Assembly (NCBI GenBank): GCA_017398945.1
Contig: JAFQES010000014.1
Span: 2,394 to 66,393 of the forward strand
Direction: 5' to 3'
DNA from: Bacilli bacterium
GTDB lineage: Bacteria > Bacillota_I > Bacilli_A > RF39 > UBA660
DNA length: 64,000 nt
Shown piece by piece: positions 28,526 to 38,736 of the stretch; positions within the stretch are counted from its first letter, which is position 1, and every line of letters begins with the position of its first letter. A model generated the notes under the pieces. That model searched no databases and was not told the origin of the DNA. It was given only the letters and a program-made list of their open reading frames with translations. Position numbers and translations under genes: made by a program.

Positions 28526-30162
28526 AAAAAATAATTGGGTTTTTAAAAAGATATAAATTAATGTTACTTGTCGCACTAGGTATTATAATAATTGGATTAA
28601 TTGGTATGTTTATTTATTTAAGTAAAACTGATAATAGAATATATATAGGTTACAGAAATGATTCATATACTTTTAAATATGACGAAAGATGGAATTTGGT
28701 AGAGGAAACTGATGATAAATTGGTTTTAAATACAAAAGATAGTGTTTTTAGTATATATTTTAAGTATTTAGATGATGAGTATAAGTATTTAGATTTAGAA
28801 GATTTTGTTGAGGAATTATTATATGATATTGAAAATCAAAACAAAGCTTATAAATTGTTAGCAAGAGATGATGAAGTTTCAACAAAACAAAATTATGAAG
28901 GATATAAATTTTTGTTTGAAAATAATGATTTACAAGTTATGATAGCAATTATTAAGTCTAGTGACTTATTAACTTTCTTTGTATATGAAAGTTCTAATGA
29001 ATATTTTGATATTTTGTTGGATAGTGCTCAAAAAATAATTTATAGTTTTGAATATTTTGATGAAAAGCTAGAGTTAACTTATGAACTTAACTTGGAGACT
29101 AGCGATGTTGAGTGGGATACTAATAATGAAATTGCAACAAATTTGAAAAAACAAATTTCTGATGAAATTGCTAGTAATAATTATTTAGTAAATTATACTA
29201 TTCCGGGAAATTTTATCAGAAGTGATTTTAATTCTACTGCAGGGTATTTTAATTATGAGTCTTTAGAGAAAGGAAGTATTACTTTAAGTGCAACTATAAG
29301 AAATATTAATTTATATAAGTTTTTAGATAAAGATGATATTTCTAGTATTTTTAGTAATTATAATTATATTAGAGAAAATAATGAAGCATATATAAATTTA
29401 AAGGAAAATATTGAAAAAATAGATAATGATAAAGTTATAACTTATTTATATAAAAATAGTTATACAAATAAAGGTGGTTTTGGAGATTATTATTATGAAA
29501 ATGTAGAATTAATTTATGAATTAGATTCTAGCCATATATTTTATGTAAAAATAGCAGCAACAAATGTTAATATACCAAAAGAGTTAATTGAAAAAATTGA
29601 AATTAATGATTTTAAAAATTATTCCAGTTATATTAATAGAAAAGTTGTAGATGGTTACATAAATGGAGAAATAAAAGAATATACTGATTACTCTAAAGAA
29701 AAAATTAGAAAAATCCAGATTAAATTACCAGAAAAATATAATGAAATTGATAAAGGAAATAATATTTTTTCAGAAAGAAGCTATGGATTAAATTATGATG
29801 CAAAGAAAAATATGTATGAATATGAATTAGATTATAAGATGCAACTTGATTTAGAAACGGCTTTAGAAACTTTACAAATTGGAATAAAACCTTACAGTAA
29901 TAGAAAAAACTATAAGAGTTTAGCCTACGTTAATGATAAAGTGATAGGTAATAAAACCTTTAAAATATATGAAGCTGGCTATACTGATTATAGTGGATCA
30001 GTTCTTTCTTTAAAAAACAAAGAAGAAGTTTATAAAAAAATTACAATTTTAGTCTACCAATTTGGTGAAAAATGTTTTACAATTAAAATAGTGGGTAATG
30101 GTTACGAAATAAGTGATGAATTGTTAAAAGAAGTGACTACTTTTAACATCGTCGAAGAATAG
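28522..30162 (+). CDS. N-anchored surface protein with about three PsbP/DcrB-like modules
   Basis: TM then recurring starts YTFKYDERW, VNYTIPGNF, IQIKLPEKY about 170-180 aa apart. Confidence 0.55.
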   Translation: MKKIIGFLKRYKLMLLVALGIIIIGLIGMFIYLSKTDNRIYIGYRNDSYTFKYDERWNLVEETDDKLVLNTKDSVFSIYFKYLDDEYKYLDLEDFVEELLYDIENQNKAYKLLARDDEVSTKQNYEGYKFLFENNDLQVMIAIIKSSDLLTFFVYESSNEYFDILLDSAQKIIYSFEYFDEKLELTYELNLETSDVEWDTNNEIATNLKKQISDEIASNNYLVNYTIPGNFIRSDFNSTAGYFNYESLEKGSITLSATIRNINLYKFLDKDDISSIFSNYNYIRENNEAYINLKENIEKIDNDKVITYLYKNSYTNKGGFGDYYYENVELIYELDSSHIFYVKIAATNVNIPKELIEKIEINDFKNYSSYINRKVVDGYINGEIKEYTDYSKEKIRKIQIKLPEKYNEIDKGNNIFSERSYGLNYDAKKNMYEYELDYKMQLDLETALETLQIGIKPYSNRKNYKSLAYVNDKVIGNKTFKIYEAGYTDYSGSVLSLKNKEEVYKKITILVYQFGEKCFTIKIVGNGYEISDELLKEVTTFNIVEE

Positions 30163-30179
30163 GAAAGAGGTCAAAAAAA

Positions 30180-31106
30180 ATGAATTGTAGAAATTGTGGA
30201 TATTTATTATCTAATGAAGATCAATTTTGTAAAAATTGTGGCGCTCCAGTTGCTGGAGAACAAGCGCCAGCTGTTTCTTCTTTTAAAACAGTAGAAACTG
30301 AATCTGAAACTCCAAATGTTAGTCAACAAGGGTTTCAACAACCTATGCAAATGCAGCAACCTGCTATGAGTCAACAACAGATGTCTGCTTCGCAACCATT
30401 TATGTCTGGGCAACAATCATATAATGGAAATCAAATGAATCCATTTAATAGTCAATTTCCAAAAAATGATAATTCAAAATTTATTATTCTTGGAATACTA
30501 GTAACGGTAATTGTTGCGATTATAGGTATAGTAATTGTTTTAGTTTTTAAAAAGGATGGCGGAAATAATGTAGATCCTAATAGTGGAACAAATATTCAAG
30601 CAACTCCGACTACAGATAAAAAAAGTTATGATGTAACTGTAGGTGATTTTACTTTTTCTGTTCCTGAAGATTTAGTTACCGATGAAGGATATGAAGATGG
30701 TTCTGAATATTTATTGATAGGTGATAAGGATGAAACTTGGGTTTCAAAGGTAGTGGTTCTTGAAGGAAGCTATGATATATTAAAAGCAAATAAGGATGTA
30801 TTACAATCAGAACTTATTAGTAAGGGATATAGCGTAGCACCAGTAAAAGTTGCTAGTTATGCTGGATATGAAATGATTACTTTTGAAGTTCAATTTAATG
30901 GTGTTAATCAAATAGGTGGTTATGCAAAAGCTAATTCTAACTATACATTTGTTTTTGAGTTACTTACTGCAGATAATTCTGCTAATTATAAATTATTAGA
31001 TGTTTTGGCTCCAGTATTTAAATCTGCAAAATATAAAGCAAATACAAGTAATATGGAAATTAATTCAGGTATAAATTTTAAAGAAGCTTTTGAAGCTTTA
31101 AAATAA
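30180..31106 (+). CDS. Zinc-ribbon + Q/M-rich linker + TM + PsbP-like ectodomain protein
   Basis: CRNCG..FCKNCG; QQPMQMQQ; TM; FTFSVPEDL. Confidence 0.7.
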   Translation: MNCRNCGYLLSNEDQFCKNCGAPVAGEQAPAVSSFKTVETESETPNVSQQGFQQPMQMQQPAMSQQQMSASQPFMSGQQSYNGNQMNPFNSQFPKNDNSKFIILGILVTVIVAIIGIVIVLVFKKDGGNNVDPNSGTNIQATPTTDKKSYDVTVGDFTFSVPEDLVTDEGYEDGSEYLLIGDKDETWVSKVVVLEGSYDILKANKDVLQSELISKGYSVAPVKVASYAGYEMITFEVQFNGVNQIGGYAKANSNYTFVFELLTADNSANYKLLDVLAPVFKSAKYKANTSNMEINSGINFKEAFEALK

Positions 31107-31117
31107 TAAAATAAATG

Positions 31118-31153
31118 AGGTAGCTGATATCTATGATATTAGCTACCTTTTTT
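31118..31153. terminator. Terminator between convergent units
   Basis: AGGTAGCTGATATC-tat-GATATTAGCTACCT followed by a T-run. Confidence 0.75.
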
Positions 31154-31674
31154 GCTTTTTACGTGTGATTTTGGTTTAGTAGTATGACCAGGAAGTCCTA
31201 CAACTGTGGTATTTTCTTCAACATTTTTTAATATAACAGCATTGGCTCCTATTTTAACATTATCTCCAATGGTGATATTTCCAAGTATTTTAGCTCTACT
31301 ACCTATAAAAACGTTATTACCAATAGTAGGATGTCTTTTACCTTTTTCTTTACCGGTACCACCTAGAGTTACGCCGGGAAATGAAACCACATTATCTCCT
31401 ATTTCTGCAGTTTCTCCAATTACTACGCCTATGCCATGATCGATAAATAGATATTTACCAATCTTTGCTCCTGGATGTATTTCTATTCCGGTTTTTCTTT
31501 TAGCTTTTTAATAATATATCTAGCTATTATGAATCTTTCTTTTTGATAGAAATAATGAGCTATTTTATAATAAATTTGCGCTTTAAATGAGGGATATAAA
31601 AATATTTCTATAGTGGATTTTATTGCAAGGTCATTGTCTTTTATATTTTTAATTTGTTCTTTAATAAAATACAT
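31139..31674 (-). pseudogene. cysE: Serine O-acetyltransferase, frameshifted near 31505-31515
   Basis: N-part LYP..A...YKIAH; second frame [49 protein letters not shown]. Confidence 0.9.
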
Positions 31675-31903
31675 AAGTACCTCCTGAAGTTTATTTGTAA
31701 TAGTTTATAAAAAAATATATTTTTTGTATAATGGTTTTATCATGTAATGTTTTATCAAATCTAATAAATTATGTTATTTATGCACTATAAATAATGTATG
31801 TATTCCGTTATTATCGGCCGAATTTATTGTATGCTAATATTTGTTTATAGAATACGGTAACGTTTGTTATTTTTGTGTTAAAAATAAAAAATCTAAGAAG
31901 TAG

Positions 31904-32803
31904 TTAGTTGTTACTTTTTAGATTTTTTTTAAGTAAATCAATGAATTTCTTTACTTTAATATCATTATTGTTTCTTTGAACGCATTTAATATATCTTTTT
32001 TCAATATTAAAATTAACATTTAATTCAACTAATTCGTTATTGTCAAAGTAGGGTTGAACATATTGTTTAGTAGCAAAACCAATTCCCAAACCAGCTTTAA
32101 CAAATTCAATAATTAGGCTGTGTCTGTCTAATTCAATAGTTGGTTTAAGTTGAATGTTGTTTTTTAAACAGATTAAATTAAGAAAGGTTCTTGTGTCATA
32201 TTTTTCGTTTTGAACAATTAGTGATTCAGATAATATTTGTTTTAAATTAGTAATATTTTTAATTTTATTATAGTGGGTTGGAGTAGTGAAAAAACAATCT
32301 TCAATACTCAGTAATTTAAAACTAGGATATTTCTTCTCGTTAATAACGATTGTTGAGTTAATAAAGATTAAATCGACTTTGCCATATCTTAGATAATTAT
32401 ATAATTCCTCAGAACTTAAATTTAATATTTCTATTGCAATCCCTGGATGAAGTTTTTTATAATCAATAATGGTTTGTGCTAAAATATTTTTGGTAACTGA
32501 TTCACCAGCTCCAATACGTAGTTTGCCGACTTCAATTAAGTTAATGTTTTTTGCAAGTAATTCAACATTATCTAAGGTATTAATTGAATCTAAAATATAA
32601 CGATATAGATTTTTTCCTTGGTCAGTTAAGAGGACTCCCTTTTTCTCGCGAACAAATAAAGTCATATTAAGTAGGTCTTCTAATTTTTTTATGGACTTTG
32701 TAATGGATGGTTGAGTAACACACAATATTTTAGCGGCTTTGCTAATGCTTTCATATTGAGCCACTATTTTAAATGTTCTTAAAAGATCAAAGCTAACATT
32801 CAT
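31904..32803 (-). CDS. LysR family transcriptional regulator
   Basis: LRTFKIVA..SISKAA..LCVTQPSITKSIKKLE..L...LFVR; start ATG 32803 with AGGAGG RBS. Confidence 0.93.
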   Translation of the reverse strand: MNVSFDLLRTFKIVAQYESISKAAKILCVTQPSITKSIKKLEDLLNMTLFVREKKGVLLTDQGKNLYRYILDSINTLDNVELLAKNINLIEVGKLRIGAGESVTKNILAQTIIDYKKLHPGIAIEILNLSSEELYNYLRYGKVDLIFINSTIVINEKKYPSFKLLSIEDCFFTTPTHYNKIKNITNLKQILSESLIVQNEKYDTRTFLNLICLKNNIQLKPTIELDRHSLIIEFVKAGLGIGFATKQYVQPYFDNNELVELNVNFNIEKRYIKCVQRNNNDIKVKKFIDLLKKNLKSNN

Positions 32804-32925
32804 ATATTCCTCCTGGTTATAACATGTATAATAAATATTCATACTAATTATAACTTTTTTTAAGGCTTTTGTATAGATTAAGTTTTTTAATAATGTTAAC
32901 ATGAGTTTGGAAAGGAGGAAAAGAA

Positions 32926-33861
32926 ATGAAAATAGCTTGTATTGGAAATGCGACATTTGATTGTACTCTTAGTAAGGAAGGATTTATCATTGAAGATGCT
33001 AGAAATAGTTTTGATAATATTAGCTTTACTCCAGGGGGGCCAGCTTCAAATGCTGCCAGTGTTATTGCAAAATTTGGTAGTAAGGTGGATTTTTACAGTC
33101 AACTTGGAAATGATGTATTTGGTAATTTTGTTTATGAGAGCCTAATTGCAGAAGGTATCAATGTTGAAAATATATCTTTTTCTAAAGCTGTCCATACTCC
33201 TTATAGTAATGTTTTGATAAATACCTTGGAAAGTACAAGAACAATTTGTACAGCAAGATCTAAAGTAGATTATGTCAGTCCTAAATTAGAAAAGTTTAAT
33301 TATCAAACTGATTATGATTTTATTTTAACAGACGGTAAATATGCTGAGGATTCTATTGAATTAATTAGAGCAAACCTTAATGCAATATCAATAATTGATG
33401 CCGGACGCGCTAATGATAATGTTATAAGTGTGTGTAGAGAAGTTGATTATATTATCTGTTCTCAAAACTTTGCTGAGGAAGTAACTGGATGCGTTTTAAC
33501 AGAGGATTATCAAAATAATGTGATGGTTTATCAAAAATTATGTTCTTTATTTCCAAATGCTAAAGGAATCACTATTACTGTTGGTAAAAGAGGTTATATT
33601 TGTGCTAAAGATAATGAAGTATTAATAAATTCATCATATGATAGTGGACTTCCTGCAATAGATACAAATTGTGCTGGAGATATATTTCATGGAGCATTTA
33701 CTTATGCAATAGCGAATGGATATGATTATTATGAAGCATTAGAGTTTGCAAATGTTACGGCTTCGTTGTCTACAACTAAAACCGGAGGAAGAAATTCTTG
33801 CCCTAATTTAAGTGAAGTAAATAAAGTTATGAATAATTATTCTAGAAAACGTATTAATTAG
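32926..33861 (+). CDS. PfkB family carbohydrate kinase
   Basis: GGPASNAA, LGNDVFG, ITVGKRG, DTNCAGDIFHGAF. Confidence 0.9.
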   Translation: MKIACIGNATFDCTLSKEGFIIEDARNSFDNISFTPGGPASNAASVIAKFGSKVDFYSQLGNDVFGNFVYESLIAEGINVENISFSKAVHTPYSNVLINTLESTRTICTARSKVDYVSPKLEKFNYQTDYDFILTDGKYAEDSIELIRANLNAISIIDAGRANDNVISVCREVDYIICSQNFAEEVTGCVLTEDYQNNVMVYQKLCSLFPNAKGITITVGKRGYICAKDNEVLINSSYDSGLPAIDTNCAGDIFHGAFTYAIANGYDYYEALEFANVTASLSTTKTGGRNSCPNLSEVNKVMNNYSRKRIN

Positions 33862-33922
33862 TTGAGATTTAAACTTAAATTTTATATAATGAATTTGAGT
33901 TTAATGAAAGTAGTCGGTTAAT

Positions 33923-35044
33923 ATGAAGAAAAAGTGGATTATTGGATTATTATTATTTTTAGTTATTATTTCTTTTGGAATTATACTTTTACATTTTTAC
34001 CAAAAAAGAAATAAAAATAATTTAAAAGACAATAATCCTCTTTTTAATTATAGTAATTTTAAGTCCAAAGATTTATTTTTTGAGAACTTTGGTAAAATAA
34101 AAAATGTATTAGATGAATTTGAATTACAAACTAATGTAACAATTTCTGCTGTTGGCGATTGTACAATTGGTTATGATGATGATTTTGGTTATAACAATAG
34201 TTTTAATCATGAGTATGATAAACATGGTGCTGGTTACTTCTTTGGCGGAGTAAAAAGTATTTTTGAAGAAGATGACATTACAATTGCTAATTTGGAATCT
34301 ACATTTACGGAGTATAATGTAAAAAGAGAAAAAAAGTTTAATTTTAAGGCGCCTACTGGTTATGTGGAAATATTAAATGAAGGGGACATTGAAGTAGTTA
34401 ATATTGCAAACAATCATAGTCATGATTATGGTGATATAGGGTATCAAGATACATTAAACACATTAAGTGATGCTAACATAAATTATTTTGGAAATAGTGA
34501 ATATTATATTTATGAGAAAAATGATGTAAAAATTGGTTTTGCTGGAATTTTTTGTATTGAATATAGGTGTACAAAGTTGGTGGATAAAGCTATTTCTAAT
34601 TTAAAAAGTTATAATGTAGATGCGATAGTATTATCTTTTCATTGGGGAATTGAAAAAGATTATCAACAAAGTAGTACTCAAGAATATGTTGGAAGATATG
34701 CGATAGACCAAGGAGCTGACTTGGTTTTAGGTCATCACCCTCATGTCCTACAAGGAATTGAAAAATATAAAGATAAATATATAGTTTATAGTCTAGCTAA
34801 TTTTTCTTTTGGGGGAAATAAAAATCCGGCTGATAAAGATACGATGATTTATCAGATTCGATTTACTTTTAAAGACGGAAATATTGTAGATGATGCTATA
34901 AAAATTTATCCTGTAAGTGTATCCAGTACAAATAAGCGAAATGATTATCGTCCGACCTTATTAAATGGGGATGATGCAACTAGAGTGTTAGAAAAAATAC
35001 AAAGATATAGTACTGGAATTAATTTGTATGAAACATTTAAATAA
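33923..35044 (+). CDS. CapA family metallophosphoesterase-fold protein
   Basis: AVGD, ANLE, ANNHSHDYG, FHWGIE, GHHPHV.Q.IE.Y, YSLANF. Confidence 0.9.
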   Translation: MKKKWIIGLLLFLVIISFGIILLHFYQKRNKNNLKDNNPLFNYSNFKSKDLFFENFGKIKNVLDEFELQTNVTISAVGDCTIGYDDDFGYNNSFNHEYDKHGAGYFFGGVKSIFEEDDITIANLESTFTEYNVKREKKFNFKAPTGYVEILNEGDIEVVNIANNHSHDYGDIGYQDTLNTLSDANINYFGNSEYYIYEKNDVKIGFAGIFCIEYRCTKLVDKAISNLKSYNVDAIVLSFHWGIEKDYQQSSTQEYVGRYAIDQGADLVLGHHPHVLQGIEKYKDKYIVYSLANFSFGGNKNPADKDTMIYQIRFTFKDGNIVDDAIKIYPVSVSSTNKRNDYRPTLLNGDDATRVLEKIQRYSTGINLYETFK

Positions 35045-35115
35045 TTTTAAATATTTTTTCTTGATTTGAAATGTTTAATAAAATATACTTATATCCAGAA
35101 AGTGAAGTAATTAGT

Positions 35116-35823
35116 ATGAAGCATTATTTTGGACAAACAAGTAATTTTTCCTTGAGTTTTTTTGGGCCTGTTCATTTATTGTTGATATTAGGAACAATAT
35201 TAGCAATATTTGGTATATATAAATATCGTGATAAGTTAAAGAAATATAAAATAGTAAAAACTATAATTCCCATTATTTTATTTAGTAATATGGTTATTTA
35301 TATTGCTGGGGCAATGTTAGCAGGTATTTATGATATAAAAATTCATTTACCAATTCATTATTGCTATATTACGGGTTTTGCTTTTATGTATATGTTAATC
35401 AAAGATAAAAAGAATTGGTTTAATATGTTATATTACGCTATTTTCTTTTGTACTATAACTGTAATTATATTCCAAGACCCAAATATTACTTATGATAGAT
35501 ATGAATTTTTATTGTTAGTAATTAGTCATCATTTTTTGTTGTTAAGTAGTTTCTATACTTTATATGTTTTAGATTATCCTGTCAATAAAAAAGGTTATAA
35601 GCCATTCTTAATTTATACTTTAATTGTTTATTTAGTGGTATTTGGATTAAATAGAATTTTAGGAACTGATTATATATTTAATGATTCTTTTCCGTTATTC
35701 ATATATGATTGTTTTCCTTTTATAAAAATGTTTCCACCAATAGTATGGCTATTTTTATTAAGTATTCCGTTACTTATTTGTGCTTATATGCCAGTAAGGT
35801 ATAAAAATAGAAATGTTAACTAA
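35116..35823 (+). CDS. YwaF-like integral membrane protein
   Basis: FGPVHL, LPIHYC, SHH, N..LGTDY.F; multiple TMs. Confidence 0.7.
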   Translation: MKHYFGQTSNFSLSFFGPVHLLLILGTILAIFGIYKYRDKLKKYKIVKTIIPIILFSNMVIYIAGAMLAGIYDIKIHLPIHYCYITGFAFMYMLIKDKKNWFNMLYYAIFFCTITVIIFQDPNITYDRYEFLLLVISHHFLLLSSFYTLYVLDYPVNKKGYKPFLIYTLIVYLVVFGLNRILGTDYIFNDSFPLFIYDCFPFIKMFPPIVWLFLLSIPLLICAYMPVRYKNRNVN

Positions 35824-35829
35824 ATTTAG

Positions 35830-35858
35830 TTGACTTTTTTTGTTATTAATGATATTTT
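35830..35858 (+). promoter_or_regulatory. SigA promoter of the leader peptide / ABC unit
   Basis: TTGACT-N17-TATTTT with TGn. Confidence 0.5.
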
Positions 35859-35890
35859 GTAAGTGAATTTAAAGAGAAAGGAGTGGAAAT

Positions 35891-35980
35891 ATGAAGAAGT
35901 TAAATTCAAAAGTTTTTAATAATATTATGGTAGCTGATAATAGAAATGTGAGGAAACTTCTTTGTTTTTTCACTAACTAA
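35891..35980 (+). CDS. 29-aa leader peptide (uORF)
   Basis: MKKLNSKVFNNIMVADNRNVRKLLCFFTN*; AAAGGAG RBS. Confidence 0.65.
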   Translation: MKKLNSKVFNNIMVADNRNVRKLLCFFTN

Positions 35981-36003
35981 ATACTCTGACTTTTAATTAT
36001 TTT

Positions 36004-36036
36004 GAGGCTACTATTTATTATAGTAGTTTTTATTTT
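36004..36036 (+). terminator. Attenuator terminator upstream of the ABC exporter
   Basis: GGCTACTAT-ttatt-ATAGTAGTT followed by TTTATTTT, just before the AAGGAGG SD. Confidence 0.65.
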
Positions 36037-36049
36037 ATAAGGAGGTCAT

Positions 36050-37780
36050 ATGAAAAATTTAAAAGAATTTAAACCTCTAATAAAATTGATTGATAAAGAT
36101 AAATATAAACTTATTATTGCTAGTATTTTAATTTTTATCTCCGGAATTTTTGGGATATTTACAGGATATTTAAATGGAGCAGCTGTTGAAGCAATTACTA
36201 AGTTACACGTTAAAATGGCTTTAATTTATTTAGGTATTTATTTTGTAATTGAAATATCATTTTGTGGAGCTATTCAACATATTGCAACCTCAATGCTTCA
36301 TAAAGTAGAAAGTGCTTTAACTAGAAAGTTAGGCTATTTCACTTATAAAAAAGCCCTTAATTTACCAGCAGCAGCATTTGAAAAAATGTCTTCTGGAGAA
36401 ATTATTAATCGAATTACAAACGATGCTGATTCTATTAGCTTTGCATTTGGTAGATTATTAAATATGTTTTCATCATTAGTGGCAGCAATAATTATAATTT
36501 TTTATATTTTTTTAAATTCTTGGATTATAGGATTAGAGATTATTATTTTATTATTAGTGCTTTTCTTAGTAATAAAAAAATATAGTCCTAAATTAAAAAA
36601 TATTCACAAAGAAAGAAAAGTGGAGCAAGATAAATTTACATCTTTATCAACAGAATCTATTAGAGGTATTAGAGAAATAAAAACTTTAGGAATTAAATCT
36701 AGTTTAATTCATGATATAACAGATATTATAAAATTAATTTATAATAAATCAGAAAAAGAAATAAATATCCAAAAAGAATTCAACATTATTACAAGATTTT
36801 TAAAAACTTTGTTAGAAGTTGGTGTATTTGTTACATGTATAATATTATTATATTATAATCAAATTACTTTAACTTTTTTTATCGCAATGACTTATTATGT
36901 TTATAGATACATGTGGTTAATAGAAAATATAAATGATTTAACCCAAACTTATCAAAAAGTAGTGGTTGCTATTACGAGGGTTAATGAAATATTAGAAAAT
37001 AGACTTTATCAAGATGAATATTTTGGGAAGGAAAAAATTAAAAATATTCAGGGAGTTATTAAATTTGAAAATGTAGTTTTTTCGTATCCAGATGAGTCTG
37101 TAACATTAAATAATTTTAGTTTAACAATTGAACCTAATAAAAAGCTTGCTATTGTAGGAAAGTCTGGTCAGGGAAAATCAACTTTATTCAATTTAATTAC
37201 AAGAATATTTGATGTTGATAAAGGAAGTATTACATTAGATAATATTAATATAAAAGATTTAAGCGAAGAAGAGTTAAGAAAGCATATCTCAATTATTAGA
37301 CAAGAGCCTTTTATTTTTAATAAATCAATTAAAGATAATTTTAAGATATTAAATAATAAAGTAACACTTAAAGAAATAAGAAAATATGCTAAAATGGCTT
37401 ACATAGATGATTATATAATGTCATTACCTAAAAAATATGATACTGTTTTAGGTGAAGGCGGAATTAATCTAAGCGGAGGTCAAAAACAAAGGTTGGCTAT
37501 TGCTAGAACCTTTTGTAAAAAAAGTAAAATAATCTTATTTGATGAAGCAACAAGTGCTTTAGATAATGGGTCACAACATTATATTAAAGAAGCAATTGAT
37601 AATATTGTGAAAGATCATACAGTTGTTATTGTCGCACATCGATTGTCAACTATTATGGATGCGGATATTATTCATATTGTTGATGAAGGGAAATTAGTTG
37701 CTTCTGGCAAACATGAAGAATTATTAAAAAACAATGAAATTTATAAAACTTTATATGAAACTGAATCTTTAAATTCATAA
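36050..37780 (+). CDS. ABC exporter (fused TMD-NBD, multidrug type)
   Basis: GKSGQGKST, LSGGQKQR, LFDEATSALD, AHRLST. Confidence 0.93.
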   Translation: MKNLKEFKPLIKLIDKDKYKLIIASILIFISGIFGIFTGYLNGAAVEAITKLHVKMALIYLGIYFVIEISFCGAIQHIATSMLHKVESALTRKLGYFTYKKALNLPAAAFEKMSSGEIINRITNDADSISFAFGRLLNMFSSLVAAIIIIFYIFLNSWIIGLEIIILLLVLFLVIKKYSPKLKNIHKERKVEQDKFTSLSTESIRGIREIKTLGIKSSLIHDITDIIKLIYNKSEKEINIQKEFNIITRFLKTLLEVGVFVTCIILLYYNQITLTFFIAMTYYVYRYMWLIENINDLTQTYQKVVVAITRVNEILENRLYQDEYFGKEKIKNIQGVIKFENVVFSYPDESVTLNNFSLTIEPNKKLAIVGKSGQGKSTLFNLITRIFDVDKGSITLDNINIKDLSEEELRKHISIIRQEPFIFNKSIKDNFKILNNKVTLKEIRKYAKMAYIDDYIMSLPKKYDTVLGEGGINLSGGQKQRLAIARTFCKKSKIILFDEATSALDNGSQHYIKEAIDNIVKDHTVVIVAHRLSTIMDADIIHIVDEGKLVASGKHEELLKNNEIYKTLYETESLNS

Positions 37781-37830
37781 TACTATTGTTATAATTATAA
37801 AAAGAAATTAAAATGAAGATGGTGAAAAAA

Positions 37831-38343
37831 ATGAAAATTAGAATAAATGATTTGAGATGTATTAATCAAGATATTAATTTGGATAAATATATTGAGTTTA
37901 GAACTTTGGTAAAGAAATCTATGCCTTTTCCTGAGTGGCTAGGAGATTTTAGTAAAGAAGAATTAAATGATAATATTATAAATAATGATGGAAAAATATG
38001 GGTATACTATGATGATGAAATTCCCGTTTGTTCGATGATGCTTATTCCTAGCACAGAAAAGTCAATAAAAAAATTTGAACTTAGTTTAGATTTTAAGGAT
38101 GTTATTGATTATGGACCTATGTTTGTTAATCCAGAATATGTTGGAAACGGATTACAATATCAAATGTTAACAGAAATTGATAATTATGCTAGGACGTTAG
38201 GATATAAATATGCTGTTGGTACTATTCACCCTGATAATATTTATTCTATTAATAATTTATTAAAAGATAATTTTGAATTACATGGTACAAAAGTATTTAA
38301 TCGAGGTTTAAGAAATATATATATTAAAGATTTGAGAGGTTAA
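37831..38343 (+). CDS. GNAT acetyltransferase
   Basis: FVNPEYVGNGLQ; TIHPDN.YS. Confidence 0.8.
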   Translation: MKIRINDLRCINQDINLDKYIEFRTLVKKSMPFPEWLGDFSKEELNDNIINNDGKIWVYYDDEIPVCSMMLIPSTEKSIKKFELSLDFKDVIDYGPMFVNPEYVGNGLQYQMLTEIDNYARTLGYKYAVGTIHPDNIYSINNLLKDNFELHGTKVFNRGLRNIYIKDLRG

Positions 38344-38346
38344 ATA

Positions 38347-38682
38347 ATGAAAAAATTTATATTATTTATTCTTATTTTAACAATAAGTGGTTGTCATACT
38401 AAGCAAATTATTGATTATAAAGAATTAATGAAAGACAATGAATATGTTATTATTGATGTAAGAACTCTAGAAGAATATAATGAATCTCATATAGTTGGGG
38501 CAATAAATATACCTTATGATCAAATAGATAACAATGTTGATCTAGATAAAGAAAAAATAATATTGGTTTATTGTAAAAGTGGAAATAGAAGTGGTATAGC
38601 AGCTAAAATGTTAACTAATTTAGATTATAAAGTTTATGATTTAGGAGCTTTTGCTAAAATAGATTTACCAAAAGAAATATAA
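38347..38682 (+). CDS. Rhodanese-like lipoprotein
   Basis: Lipobox ISGC; IIDVRT.EEY..SHI.GAINIP; YCKSGNRS. Confidence 0.88.
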   Translation: MKKFILFILILTISGCHTKQIIDYKELMKDNEYVIIDVRTLEEYNESHIVGAINIPYDQIDNNVDLDKEKIILVYCKSGNRSGIAAKMLTNLDYKVYDLGAFAKIDLPKEI

Positions 38683-38700
38683 CAATAGTAATTTATAATA

Positions 38701-38736
38701 AGTCACTATTTCATAATGAAATAGTGGTTTTCTTTT
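38701..38736 (+). terminator. Rho-independent terminator
   Basis: CACTATTTCA-taa-TGAAATAGTG followed by a T-rich tract. Confidence 0.75.

Noticed and set aside
31675-31903. T-box or riboswitch upstream of cysE
   Set aside because: No T-box or SAM riboswitch motif recognisable
32804-32956. 51-aa N-terminal extension of LysR in the ORF track
   Set aside because: Overlaps the divergent pfkB start; a strong RBS supports ATG 32803
35963-35980. uORF ends in C-F-F-T-N, superficially like an AIP ring
   Set aside because: Lacks the acidic C-terminal tail AgrB needs; the attenuator context explains the uORF better
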